A stretch of 64,000 nt of DNA. It comes from an uncultured delta proteobacterium. GTDB lineage: Bacteria; Myxococcota_A; Polyangia; Polyangiales; JAFGIB01. The stretch lies in contig CAVZVA010000003.1 in NCBI GenBank assembly GCA_963778655.1, positions 160,001 to 224,000 on the forward strand, written 5' to 3'. The notes under the pieces were generated by a model that was not told where the DNA came from, did no database searches, and saw only the letters and a list, made by a program, of their open reading frames with translations. The translations under genes and the position numbers were made by a program. Shown here in pieces: positions 1-10,739 of this stretch (position 1 is its first letter; the number at the start of each line of letters is the position of its first letter).

Positions 1-3000
1 CGCTTGGTGCACCGGGACCTCAGCGCGCGCAACGTGCGCTGCACCGCCGACGCCAAGGCCAAGCTGATCGACTTCGGGGCGCTCACGCTGATGGGACTGG
101 CTCCGCCGGCGGTGTGCACACCCGCGGTCGCCTCTCCAGAGGTGGTCCACCGCCAGCCGCTCGACGGCCGCTCCGACCTCTATGCGCTGGGCGCGACGCT
201 CTATTACACGCTGGTCGGTCGCACGCCCTACCCGGCGCGCAGCTTCCAGCAGCTCTCCCAGCTGTGGCAACACCCGCTGCGCTCGCCCTCGGAGCAGGTC
301 GCCGATATCCCCGCGGAGCTCGACGCGCTGGTGATGGACCTGCTGCAGCTCGATCCGCAGCTGCGGCCGGTGAGCGCGGCGGAGGTCAGCCAGCGCCTGT
401 CCGCTCTCGCCGGCCTGCCGCCCGACGACGTGCTGCTCGTCTCCCAGGCCTACCTCACCACGCCGACGCTGGTCGGGCGCGAGAGCGAGCTGCGGCGCGT
501 GGGCGGCATGATCAATCGCGTCCTTTCGTACAACAAGGGCTCGGCCGCGCTGGTGTGCGGACCCGCCGGCGTGGGGCGCTCGCGCCTGCTCGACGCGTGC
601 GTGCTGTCGGCCAAGCTCGGCGGCGTCCAGGCCGTGCGCATCGACCCGGCCTCCGCGCCTCCGGGCCCGTACGGCGCCGCGCGCGCGATCACCGAGCAGC
701 TGCTGGAAGCCCTGCCCGACGAGACCCTGCGGGCCGCAGAGCCGCATCGCGCGCTGCTCGGCGCGCTGGTGCCCGAGCTGCGCGCGCGCTTGCCCGAAGC
801 GGGCGCGGAGGGCGCCGGCGCACAGCCGCCGTCCCACCCGCAGACCGCGCTGCGCGGTTTCCTGCTGGAGCTGGCGAGCGTCAAGCCGCTGCTGATCGCC
901 GCCGACGACGTAGACCACTTCGATGCGGAGTCGCAAGCCCTGATCGCGCTGCTCGCGCACCGGGCCGAGGACCATCCGCTGGTCGTGGTCGCAGCGAGCA
1001 GCGGCGAGAGCATGCCGGACAGCGACGCCGGCCGGCTGCTCACCGAGTCCTGCGCCGCGCTGCTGCTGCGCGCGCTCGAGCCACAGCAGACCCACGCCCT
1101 GCTGGCGTCGATCTTCGGCGACGTGCCCAACCTCGCACTGTTGGTGCGCCGCTTGCACGCGCTCGCGGGCGGCAATGCCCGCGACCTGATGCAGCTCGCG
1201 CAACACCTGCTGGACCGCGGCGTCGTCTGCTATCACGGCGGCGCCTGGGTGCTGCCCGACCACATCGACGACGCGAGCTTGCCGGCCAGCATGGCTCAGG
1301 CGCTGCGCGCTGCGGTGGCGCGCTTGAGCGACGACGCACGCGTGCTCGGCCGCGCGCTCGCCCAGTGTCCCGAGCAGCGCTTCGGCGCCGACGAGTGCAT
1401 CGCGCTGAGCGAGCACGACGACCGCGCCCGCACCTTTCGCAGCCTCGACCAGCTGCGCTCCTCGGGCATCATCGCGCAGACCGAGGGAGGCTACGCGCTG
1501 GCCGCCAAGACCTGGGTCGCGGCGTTGTCGGGCGAGCCGGAGCCGGCCTTGCAGGTCCGGCTGGCGCGCGTGTTCGAGCGGCGGGGCGACGGCCTGCGCG
1601 CCGCGCAGCACCTGTTTGCCGCCGGCCGGGAGAGCGAGGGGCTCGACGTGCTGGTGGCGTTCGCGAAGCGCTCGCACCAGGAGACCAGCAGCGATCCCGA
1701 CGCCTACGTGCGCATGCTCGCCACATTGCCCCGCGAGTGGTTCGAGATTTACGCCACCGCTCTGGCCCTGTGCGGAAAGCTCGGGCGGCCCGCGTTCGAC
1801 AAGCACCTGATCGAGCTGCGCTGGGTCGGGCTGTTCTCGCAGAACGACCGTTGCAGCGACGGCCAGTGCGCGCGGGTAACCGGACGCATGGCACGCGACG
1901 CGGGGCTCGATCTGTACGCCACGCTCGAGCCGAGCCTGCCGCCCGACGTGCGCCTGCAGCAAGCCCTGGCCGCGGCCGCGCAGCGCTACGAGAGCACGCC
2001 GGAACGCGATCGCGTGCTCCATCCCAAACAGGCGATCGGCCAGCTCGCGCGCGCAGTCATCACCGCCATCGGCAACTTCTCCCGCACTCTGGACCTCGAG
2101 GAATGGCGGCAGCTGCCCTCGCTGGCGCCGCTCGCGCCGCTGTCACCGGCGGTGGCGGTGGTCGACCGGCTCGCCCGCGGGTTCGAGGCCCGCGTCAGCG
2201 GACGCTTCGAGCTCGCCTGCGAGATCTATCGCGAAACGCTCCGGTTGCTGAACGGCGGCGCCGGGCTCGATGCCACCTTCGTCGACAGCGTGCGCGCCGG
2301 CCTGTACGGCATCATGGGCACGATCGAGGCCGCGCTGGGGCTGCCCTCGTGTGAGCAGCACGCCGTCGCCGTGGCCGAATTCCCGCTGTACCAGGGCAGC
2401 GCGCTGGCGATCCGTGTGCTCGACAAGCTGTGGCAAGGCGACGTCGGCGCCGCCGATCAGCTGGCCCGCCAGCGCGAGCTGTGGCGGCTGGAGCAGTCAC
2501 GCCAGCAGGTCAGCGACGTGGTCACCGTGCTGTGGACGCTGCAAGCGCACGCCGCTTCCGACGACTTGACCCACACCCGCCACGACCTCGAGGCGATCGA
2601 GCGCACGGCCAAGAAGATCCGCACCTGGCAGCCGATCGCGAGCTGGGCGCGCGGCGAGTACGAGCGCATCCGCGGCGACCACGCCGCCGCGCTGGCGGCG
2701 CTCGACGCGGCCCTTTCGCAGCTGCAGCCAGGCCAGCACCAGATTCTGGCCGCTGGCCGCGGCCGCGCGGCTCAAGGTGCTGTGCGATCGAGGCGCCTTC
2801 GCCGAGGCCCGCGCGGCAGGCGACGGCTACCTGGCCGCGGCCCGCGCCTACGGCCTGGGCTACGTCGCCAACTACATCCACATGCCGCTCGCTTTTGCCA
2901 ACGCCAAGCTCGGCGACGCAGAGGCGGCCTTCAAGCACGCGCGCGCGGCCATCGACAGCTTCGAGGCGCTCGGCGCGCGCGGGCTCAACCTGGGCCTGGC

Positions 3001-3676
3001 CTACGAGACCGCGGCGCGCGTCGCCGCGTGCCTGGGCGACGCCGCCGAGCTCGAGCGCTATGCCAAGCTGTGCAGGCAGAGCTTCCTCGCCCACCCCAAT
3101 CCGGCGCTGGCCGCCAAGTACCAGCGCCTGGCGCGGGTGATGCGGCGCTCCGAGCGCGGCGTCACGCGCGACATTCCACCGGGCACAGTCGACTCCACGA
3201 TGGGGCAATCCCAGCTCGAGTCGCTGCTGCAGACCTGCTCGAGCCGGCAGGAACGCCTCGATCGCGTGCTGCAGCTGCTGGTCGGCAGCGGCGGCGCCGA
3301 GGCCGGCCTGCTCTACACCGTGATCGACGGCGAGCTGGAGCTGTGCGCGCGAACGGACCACGCGCACGACCCGCCACCCGAGATCGAAGCCGCCGCCGTG
3401 CGCTACCTGAAGAGCGAGCTGGGCGAGGACACGGAGGATTTCACCGCCGACGCCGAACAGAGCGCGGACGATCTGCACTGGACCAGCACGATCGGACACT
3501 GCTACCGGCCCCTGCTGCTGACCCACTACGGCCCCGAGGGCTGTGTGGTCAGTGGGCTGGTCGTGCTCAAGCACGACTGTACGCAGTGCGTACGCGTGAC
3601 CGCGGCCACAGCGACTCAGGTGAGCCGGCTGGCGGTGGAGAGCGGAGACCTGCCGCCACTGCTGATCGCAAGCTAG
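1..3676 (+). CDS. Ser/Thr protein kinase fused to a P-loop (AAA/STAND-like) ATPase and a long helical region; 5' end outside the window; apparent +1 frameshift near 2744
   Basis: HRDLSARNV and DFG kinase motifs at the window start; Walker A-like GPAGVGRS and Walker B-like IAADD. Protein-like sequence leaves ORF 4..3732 at CAGATTCTGG (2740-2749) and continues in the frame of ORF 2777..3676 (WPLAAAARLKVLCDRG...LLIAS*). Confidence 0.85.
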
Positions 3677-3796
3677 TACCGGCGCGGCTCGGCAAGCCCG
3701 CCGGGCCGCGCTATGCTGCGGCCCGGCGATGACGGTACGAATCCACAGCGTGGGCGCGCGCGGGCGCGGGACGCGCGGTCCGAGCGGGCGCGCGCA

Positions 3797-5605
3797 GTGA
3801 AGCTCGGGCTGCGCGGGCAGATCTTCGTCGCGTCACTGGTGCTGATCGCCGTCGCGGTGATCACCGCGGACGCGTATCTCAGCGGGGCCCTCTACGACGA
3901 CGTGATCGCAAGGTCGCGCGCTGAGTTGCTGCCGCGGCTGCTGCTGATCGAGGGCGAGGTCTCGGCGTTCGGCGCGCCGCTCGACGATCGTCGCGCCTGG
4001 GATGCGCTGGCCGACGAGCTCGGACGGCGCGCCGAAGGCCGGGTCTCGCTGGTGCGCGAGGACGGCTGGCTGCTGGGCGACTCGGCGCTCGACCAGGCCG
4101 CGCTCGGACGCCCGGAAAATCGCCCGCACGGCCCGGAGCTGGAGCAGGCGCTCGCCTCCGGGCGTGGCTCGAGCCTGCGCTTCGACGCCGCGGCGCGCGG
4201 CCGGATGTTGTACGTGGCGGCGCCGTTTCACCGCAACGGACGGGTCGCAGGCGTCGCCCGCCTGGGCGCGGGGCTCAAGGCCGCGGACGAGGCGGTCTCG
4301 CGGCTGCACGGCTTGCTGCTGTTGGCCAGCGTCGCGGCGCTGGTGGTGGCGGTGCTGATGGCGAGCCTGGCTGCGCACTTCATGTCGCGCACGGTGCGCG
4401 GGCTGACCTCGGCGGCCCAGCGCATGGCGGGCGGCGATCTGGCGGTACGCACGCGGCCGGCCGGCAACGACGAGCTGGCCGAGCTCGGACGCGCGCTCGA
4501 CCAACTGGCCGCCAACCTGGAGCGCGCGTTAAGCGAGCTGCGCAGCGAACGCGATCTGCTCAGCCGCGTGCTGCAGGGCATGCGCGAGGGCGTGCTGCTG
4601 CTCGATCGCGACGGTCAGGTCGCGCTCGCAAATGCGGCGCTGCGCGAGATGCTGCTGCTCGGACCCGACGTGGTGGGCAAGTCGCCGCTCGAGGTGATCC
4701 GCAACGCCGAGCTCAAGCATATGCTCGACGAGGCCGAGGGCGCCGCGGAGATCGTGTCGGGCGAGATCGAGATCGGCGACCTCAAGCCGCGGCGCATGCT
4801 GGTGCACGCCGCGGGCCTGCCCGGCGAGCCCGGCGGGCTGCTGGCGGTGTTCGTCGACGTGACCGATCTGCGGCGGCTGGAGACGATCCGGCGGGACTTC
4901 GTCGCCAACGTCTCGCACGAGCTGCGCACTCCGGTCGCGGCGGTGCGCTCGGCGGCCGAGACCCTGCGCGGCGCGCTCGACAGCGATCCCGCAGCGGCCC
5001 ATGAGTTCATCGACATCATCGAGCGCCAAGCCCAGCGCCTGCAGGATCTGGTCGAGGACTTGCTCGATCTGGCACGGATCGAGTCGCGCCAGCTGAGGCT
5101 CGATGTCGAGCCGGTGGTCCTCTCGCAGGTCGCCGGCCACATCCTGTCGCTGTTCCGCGAGCGCGCACAGGCCAAGCGCATGCGCCTGCGCGCGGAGATT
5201 CCCGAGGCGCTGCCGCCGGTGCGCGCCGATCGCCGCGCGCTCGAGCAGATCCTCTCCAACTTGGTCGACAACGCGATCAAGTATGGTTCCGATGGCGCTG
5301 CGATCACGGTCGCGGCGACGCCGCAGGACGACATGTTGCGGGTATCGGTCGCGGACACCGGTCCTGGCATCGAGGCCAAGCACCTGCCGCGCCTGTTCGA
5401 ACGCTTCTACCGCGTGGACGCGGGACGTTCGCGCGAGCTGGGCGGGACCGGCCTGGGGTTGTCGATCGTCAAGCACATGGTGGAGGCGATGGGCGGGCAG
5501 GTCAGCGTCGAGACCGCTCCCGGCGCGGGCACGACCTTCGCGTTCACCCTGCCCGCCGTGGGTGAAGGCGCTACCACGAGCTCGCCCGTGGAGCTGTTGG
5601 CCTGA
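3797..5605 (+). CDS. phoR: PhoR-like membrane sensor histidine kinase (TM-HAMP-PAS-HisKA-HATPase)
   Basis: GTG start KLGLRGQIF; two TM segments; RRDFVANVSHELRTP H-box; NLVDNAIKY; DTGPGI; RLFERFYRVDAGRSRELGGTGLGLSIVKH typical of PhoR. Confidence 0.85.
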   Translation: MKLGLRGQIFVASLVLIAVAVITADAYLSGALYDDVIARSRAELLPRLLLIEGEVSAFGAPLDDRRAWDALADELGRRAEGRVSLVREDGWLLGDSALDQAALGRPENRPHGPELEQALASGRGSSLRFDAAARGRMLYVAAPFHRNGRVAGVARLGAGLKAADEAVSRLHGLLLLASVAALVVAVLMASLAAHFMSRTVRGLTSAAQRMAGGDLAVRTRPAGNDELAELGRALDQLAANLERALSELRSERDLLSRVLQGMREGVLLLDRDGQVALANAALREMLLLGPDVVGKSPLEVIRNAELKHMLDEAEGAAEIVSGEIEIGDLKPRRMLVHAAGLPGEPGGLLAVFVDVTDLRRLETIRRDFVANVSHELRTPVAAVRSAAETLRGALDSDPAAAHEFIDIIERQAQRLQDLVEDLLDLARIESRQLRLDVEPVVLSQVAGHILSLFRERAQAKRMRLRAEIPEALPPVRADRRALEQILSNLVDNAIKYGSDGAAITVAATPQDDMLRVSVADTGPGIEAKHLPRLFERFYRVDAGRSRELGGTGLGLSIVKHMVEAMGGQVSVETAPGAGTTFAFTLPAVGEGATTSSPVELLA

Positions 5606-5656
5606 TCAGCGTCCGCCGGCGGCACAGTAACGACTGGACAACCGTCAGGGCGGGCT

Positions 5657-5672
5657 TGGCGCGCGCCTTGCA
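5657..5672 (+). promoter_or_regulatory. Putative sigma-54 (-24/-12) promoter
   Basis: TGGCGCG-CGCC-TTGCA has the TGGCACG-N4-TTGC spacing; about 50 nt upstream of the Cys-rich gene. Confidence 0.6.
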
Positions 5673-5720
5673 CGGAAAGCCTGCGCCCGGCGCGCTGGGC
5701 GCCGGCAAGCCAGGAGAAGG

Positions 5721-6698
5721 GTGATGCTCGTGACGCTGAAAACATCCATGTCCCTGCGCGGCTCGGGATGGCGCCTCTGGGGCGCGGCCGCAGTGGCGCT
5801 GGCGGCGTTCGGCAGCGGGCGGGCGCACGCGATGCCATGCAGCGCCGACAGCGACTGTCCTGCCTATTTCACCTGCGAAATCGTGGGCACCACGGCGTGC
5901 GCGGCGACCCCGGCCTGCCCGCCGGGTCAATCCTGTCCGGCTACCCCCTGTCGGCCCGCCGACATCCGGGCGTGCCGCTCGCCGGCGTGCGCGAGCGACG
6001 GCGACTGCCCCACCAACATGGTGTGCTACGCGCAAACCACCCAGCAATGCGAGGCCCAATCGGCATCCCCATTCGTGGACGCTGATGCGGACGGCGGGGA
6101 GTCCCGCTGTACGTCGCGGAGCGTGCGCAGCTGTGTGCCCCGCTACGTGCCTCCGTGTACCAAAGCCGCGGACTGTGGCGACGGCTTCAGCTGTGAGGAG
6201 ACGGTCGCGCTGAGCTGCGGCGGCGCCACGAGCGACGCGGGCGCCGGCTCGCTGGACGCAGGCGCGGGCGCTCAGTGCAGCTCGATGCGCACGGGGCAGT
6301 TCCGCTGCCAGCTCGAGGAGCTGGCCTGCAGCAGCGCGACCGACTGCCCGCAGGGCTTCAGCTGCGACAGCAACCCAGCGCTGCCCGAATGCGGGTCGGC
6401 AGCCAGCGACAGCGGAGACGACGGCGGTGCGCCCGCGGACGCCGGCAGCGCGTGCAGTGGCATGCCCGAGCGGGTGTGCTTGCCGCCGTACTACGGGGTC
6501 GACTTCGCCCAGGGCCTGGCCAGCGGTGCGCACAAGCCATTGCTGCCGCGGGCCGGGGGCAATCGCTACGTGCGGCGGCGGGGCAGCGGCTGCGGGGTGG
6601 CGGCCGGCGATCCCGCGGGCGCGGGCGGCACCGGCTTCGAGCTGGCGTGGCTGGCGCTGGCGGTGCTCAGGCTGCGGCGACGGGCGCGCGGCCGCTGA
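5721..6698 (+). CDS. Secreted Cys-rich repeat protein with MYXO-CTERM-like C-terminal anchor
   Basis: Signal peptide ending AHA; repeated C-x4-DC-x4-C modules (CSADSDCPAYFTC, CASDGDCPTNMVC, CTKAADCGDGFSC, CSSATDCPQGFSC); tail GSGCGVA...WLALAVLRLRRRAR. Start could also be the ATG at 5724 or 5748. Confidence 0.75.
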   Translation: MMLVTLKTSMSLRGSGWRLWGAAAVALAAFGSGRAHAMPCSADSDCPAYFTCEIVGTTACAATPACPPGQSCPATPCRPADIRACRSPACASDGDCPTNMVCYAQTTQQCEAQSASPFVDADADGGESRCTSRSVRSCVPRYVPPCTKAADCGDGFSCEETVALSCGGATSDAGAGSLDAGAGAQCSSMRTGQFRCQLEELACSSATDCPQGFSCDSNPALPECGSAASDSGDDGGAPADAGSACSGMPERVCLPPYYGVDFAQGLASGAHKPLLPRAGGNRYVRRRGSGCGVAAGDPAGAGGTGFELAWLALAVLRLRRRARGR

Positions 6699-6797
6699 GG
6701 CGCACGCGGCGAGGCAGATTGCCTCTTCGTGGACCTCCGCCACGACGGAGAGCAAACGAATGGAATTCGGAAAGGACTTCCCGCGAAGGCGTTGTCG

Positions 6798-7155
6798 GGC
6801 GACGCCGGCGCCGGCAACGATCTGATCGTCACGCTCGCGGACGGCAAGCTGCAGGGAGACATGGCGGGGGAGACCCGGCTCGCGGCGAGATCGCGCACGT
6901 GCCATACCTGCTCGGCAGCAACAACGACGAGGGCGTGCTGCTCGTCTACACGCAGCCGGCACCGGCCGACGACCCGGCCGACCTGGACGCGCTCAAGGCG
7001 CGCTTCGGCGACGCGGCCGATCAGGTCGCCGCGCAGTACCCCGCGTCCAAGCTCGACGGCGACTACGGCGCGGCGCTGGCGCGCGCGCGATCGGCGACTC
7101 AGGCCTGGTCTGCGGAACGCACGACACCGCGCGCCGCGCGGTCAAGGCGGGGCTG
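6798..7155 (+). pseudogene. Internally deleted, frameshifted type-B carboxylesterase remnant
   Basis: Three pieces in three frames: LIVTLADGKLQG (N-terminus-like), VPYLLGSNNDEG (catalytic Glu region) and IGDSGLVCGTHDTARRA; no GESAG nucleophile motif. Confidence 0.7.
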
Positions 7156-7388
7156 CGATGCCGCAGACGAGGTTCCCCGAGCTGGGCGACTCATAGTCCA
7201 CATGCCCTGACCCGACTCGCCGCACGCGAGGCACCAGAGGACAGTCTGGACCGCAGGAGCCGAGTCGGCCAAGCTTGCCGGCTGGGACGGAAGCGAGCGG
7301 TCGGGGCAGCGCTGCGCCGACTGGGCCATTTCATGCCCGGCGCAGGCGGCCGGGCATCACGCGCCGGCCCGTTGCGAGGGAGTCGTGC

Positions 7389-9185
7389 ATGGCGTGGCGA
7401 GGGTTTGTCGGTTCGGCGGCGCTGCTGGTCGCGATCGGGGTTTGCGGCGGGTGTAGCAGCGACGCGCGCGGCGACGCCGCGGACGCGGGCACGGGCGGCG
7501 GCGGACCGGGCGCGGGCGGCGCGGGCTCGGCAGCGATCGGCGGCGCGGCCGGACACGGCGGCACGGGCGGCAACGGCGGAGGCGCCGGAGCGGCTGCGGC
7601 CGGCGCCGGCGGGATGTCCGGCGGCGCGGCGGACGCCAGCGCAGGGCCGCCGCTGGCGCCCGGCGATCCGGGCGCGCACGACGTGGCGTTCACGATCGAC
7701 AGTGGCAGCGGCATGCACCCGATCTCGCCCTACGTCTACGGGACCAACCAGGGCGATCTGAACGGCGAGGCGAAGGGTCTGACGCTCACGCGCGTCGGCG
7801 GCAACCGCCTGACCGCGTACAACTGGGAGACCAACGCGTCGAATGCCGGCAGCGACTACATGTACGAGAACGACAACTACATCAGCAAGAGCTCGACCTC
7901 GGGCCAGCCGATGAAGCAAGCGGTGAGCGACGCCAGCGCGGCGGGTGCCAGCATCATCATGACGGTGCCGATCGCGGGCTGGGTCTCGGCCGACGAGAGC
8001 GGCCCGTGCGACCCGCACCCCGCCAGCGACAGCGTGATCGCGCAGCACTTCCTGCCGATGCTCCCCAGCAAGGGCGCAGCCTTCGCGTACCCGCCGGACA
8101 AGAACGACGGCAAGGTGTACGCAGACGAATTCGTCGCCTGGCTCGAAGGGCAATTCCCCGACGCGCAGACCGACCCGCAGCGGCGCATCTTCTACATGCT
8201 CGACAACGAGCCCGACCTGTGGTCGTCGACGCACAGCGAGATCCATCCCGACCCCGTCACCTATGACGAGCTGGTGAAGAAGAGCACGGATTTCGCTACG
8301 GCGATCAAGGCCGCGGCGCCCGCGGCGCTGGTGTTCGGACCGGCGAGCTACGGCTGGAACGGCTACATCAACCTGCAGAACGCGCCCGATGCCAACGGGC
8401 GTGACTTCATCGAGTACTATCTCGACGCGATGAAGGCGGCCGAGGCCAGCGCGGGCACGCGCTTGCTCGACGTGCTGGACGTGCACTGGTACCCGGAGGC
8501 GCAGGGCGGGGGCCGGCGTATCGTCGACGACGGGACCTCGGCGGATGAGGTGGCAGCGCGGCTGCAAGCGCCGCGCTCGCTGTGGGACCCCGGCTACACC
8601 GAGGACAGCTGGATCACGAAGTACAGCACCAACGGCCCGATCGCGCTGATCCCGCTGCTGCAGAAGAAGATCGACGCGCACTATCCCGGGACCAAGCTGT
8701 CGTTCAGCGAGTACTACTACGGCGGCGGCGGGCACATCTCGGGCGGGATCGCGCAGGCAGACGTGCTCGGCGTCTTCGGGCGCGAGAACGTGTTCGCGGC
8801 GACGATGTGGGAGGGCTCGAGCATGAACGCGTTCATCTTCGGCGCGTTCGCGATGTTCCGGAATTACGACGGGCAGGGTGCCACCTTCGGGGACACGTCG
8901 ATCGAGGCGCAGAGCTCGGACGTGGAGCAGAGCGCGGTCTATGCCAGCACGTTCGCGAGCGATCCGACCAAGGTCATCGTGGTCGCGCTCAACAAGCAAG
9001 GCAATCCGCTCAAGGCCGGCATCACGCTGGCCCATCCGGTGGAGCTGAAGGCGGCCGACGTCTACACCCTCACCTCGGCCGGCTCGACGCCGATGAAGCA
9101 GACCGCGATCACAGCGGTGGCCACCAACGCCTTCAACTACGAGATGCCCCCGTTCAGCGTCTCGACCCTGGTGTTTCACCCCTGA
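7389..9185 (+). CDS. Glycoside hydrolase family 44 endoglucanase/xyloglucanase, probable lipoprotein with Gly-rich linker
   Basis: ISPYVYGTN, RVGGNRLTAYNWETNASNAGSDY, LDNEPDLW (acid/base), DVLDVHWYPE and SFSEYYYGGG (nucleophile) motifs; hydrophobic leader ending GGC. Confidence 0.9.
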   Translation: MAWRGFVGSAALLVAIGVCGGCSSDARGDAADAGTGGGGPGAGGAGSAAIGGAAGHGGTGGNGGGAGAAAAGAGGMSGGAADASAGPPLAPGDPGAHDVAFTIDSGSGMHPISPYVYGTNQGDLNGEAKGLTLTRVGGNRLTAYNWETNASNAGSDYMYENDNYISKSSTSGQPMKQAVSDASAAGASIIMTVPIAGWVSADESGPCDPHPASDSVIAQHFLPMLPSKGAAFAYPPDKNDGKVYADEFVAWLEGQFPDAQTDPQRRIFYMLDNEPDLWSSTHSEIHPDPVTYDELVKKSTDFATAIKAAAPAALVFGPASYGWNGYINLQNAPDANGRDFIEYYLDAMKAAEASAGTRLLDVLDVHWYPEAQGGGRRIVDDGTSADEVAARLQAPRSLWDPGYTEDSWITKYSTNGPIALIPLLQKKIDAHYPGTKLSFSEYYYGGGGHISGGIAQADVLGVFGRENVFAATMWEGSSMNAFIFGAFAMFRNYDGQGATFGDTSIEAQSSDVEQSAVYASTFASDPTKVIVVALNKQGNPLKAGITLAHPVELKAADVYTLTSAGSTPMKQTAITAVATNAFNYEMPPFSVSTLVFHP

Positions 9186-9269
9186 GCGATCGCCAGCGCC
9201 GATCGCGACGGCCCCAGGTTGCGAGGCCCGGCGATGCTCGTGCATGCCCGCGCAAGGGGCGCGCCCGGC

Positions 9270-10739
9270 TCAGTCGGCCGACGGACACGCCGGCGGATCA
9301 TCGCACATGCCCATCTCCGGCCGCGGGTCGGTCTGAGTGCAGAACGCGATCTCGCTGAGCTCGTTGCCTGCGGCCATGTCGATCGCCTCGCCTGTCCAGC
9401 CGCGATCGATGCCGTTGGATGCGCTCGCGCGGATCTGCGTGTCGCTGATGAAGCTCGCCTTGGGTGCTTCGTCCAGCGAGAAGGAGATCGCGCCCATGGT
9501 CTGGTCCACTTGCGACGGCTCGGCCTTGGGCGTGCCGCAGGAGTAGCCTCGGGTTTCGGTGTCCGGGTTGCCGGCATACAGGATCTGCGCGTGCGCGATC
9601 ACGCTGTCGGGCGAGACGACTTTGTCGAAACGGACCCCGAGCCAATCTCCGGCGGCCTTGTCGGTGGCCGCCGAGGTGAGCACGACCGGCGCCGCGGCGG
9701 TGCCGGTGGCGTCGAGGCTGGCCTGCGCGCCGCTCACCAGCAGCCCCGAGCCGGCGCTGAAGTCGAGCTCGACTCCGGCCTGCAGCGTGAGCTGCGCCTG
9801 CGCCATTCCCATCGGCGCGCCCACGCGCAGCAACTTCGGCGCGGAATCGGTCTCGCCGCCGATCCGGTACGGCACGCCCCGCGCGCGCCAGCTCGCCTGC
9901 ACCGTCAGGCCGTCGATCCCGATCCGATCCGAGGTCAGCACCAGCACCGCGTCCACGCCGTTGCCCGTATAGTCGCCGTCCGGCACGCTGCTCGCCGCCC
10001 AACCGTCGGTCACGATCGGCGCCTGCGCCGCACCCGCGATCGTGAGCCGCTGCGAGCCCGTGCTGAACGCAGCGTTCGAGCGCAGGCTCACGCCATTGCT
10101 GTCGGAGCCATCGATCGTCACCGTGTCCACGGCCAGCATCTCGGACAGCTCCGCGTCGGCGCTGGCCTCGAGCCGAATCACGCCGTACTGCTCGGACGCC
10201 GCACCGTCCGGCAGCCCGCCGCCGCCCGCGAGCACGGTGTGCGCGAGCGAGAGCGGTGAGGGCACGCGCACCGCGACGAGCGCGCCCCAGGCGGCGTCGG
10301 CTTGCAGCCGCTCGAAGCGCACCGGGCGTCCGGCCTCGCCTTGCGCGAGCAAGCTGCCGTTGACCGTGACGTCCTGACCGGGACCGACGCGCACCACGGC
10401 ACAGGCCTCGAGCGTGAGCTGGGCGCCGCGCGCGATGGTCAAGCCGTCGGGCAGCTCGTGCGGGCCGTCCGCCGCCGTCCACGTCGCGTCGCCCGACAGG
10501 GTCGGCCCGTGGGTCGTGCCCGTATCGCTGGGCTCGGGACAGCCGTCCATGCCCGCGTCGGTTTGGGTCGGGCCGCCCTCGCGCGCGCTGCCGCTGTCAG
10601 CGCCTCCCGCGTCGGCGGACCCGCGGCCGCCGCCGCCGTCGGGGCCCGCGCCGCCCGAGTCACACGCGGCCAGCGACAGCGCGAGCGACAACCCAAGACG
10701 CTTCGCCAGACGCCATGTGAGCAAACGTCCGTTCCCCAT
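9270..10739 (-). CDS. Lipoprotein with duplicated parallel beta-helix-like repeats
   Basis: LALSLAAC lipobox; two copies of the LTL-x-(A)G...L-x-A-x-G-x-A-x-x-PV...W-x-G/A pattern typical of beta-helix surface proteins. Confidence 0.7.
   Translation of the reverse strand: MGNGRLLTWRLAKRLGLSLALSLAACDSGGAGPDGGGGRGSADAGGADSGSAREGGPTQTDAGMDGCPEPSDTGTTHGPTLSGDATWTAADGPHELPDGLTIARGAQLTLEACAVVRVGPGQDVTVNGSLLAQGEAGRPVRFERLQADAAWGALVAVRVPSPLSLAHTVLAGGGGLPDGAASEQYGVIRLEASADAELSEMLAVDTVTIDGSDSNGVSLRSNAAFSTGSQRLTIAGAAQAPIVTDGWAASSVPDGDYTGNGVDAVLVLTSDRIGIDGLTVQASWRARGVPYRIGGETDSAPKLLRVGAPMGMAQAQLTLQAGVELDFSAGSGLLVSGAQASLDATGTAAAPVVLTSAATDKAAGDWLGVRFDKVVSPDSVIAHAQILYAGNPDTETRGYSCGTPKAEPSQVDQTMGAISFSLDEAPKASFISDTQIRASASNGIDRGWTGEAIDMAAGNELSEIAFCTQTDPRPEMGMCDDPPACPSAD

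Noticed and set aside
114..2354. Many long overlapping or antisense ORFs (e.g. 114..2354, 7191..9245, 20209..22509, 53655..55901, 58894..60792)
   Set aside because: Arg/Ala/Gly/Pro-rich shadow frames of real genes, expected at this GC content; no recognisable motifs.
7480..7650. GGC-rich low-complexity tracts in secreted proteins
   Set aside because: Ordinary Gly/Ala/Thr linkers of myxobacterial lipoproteins.
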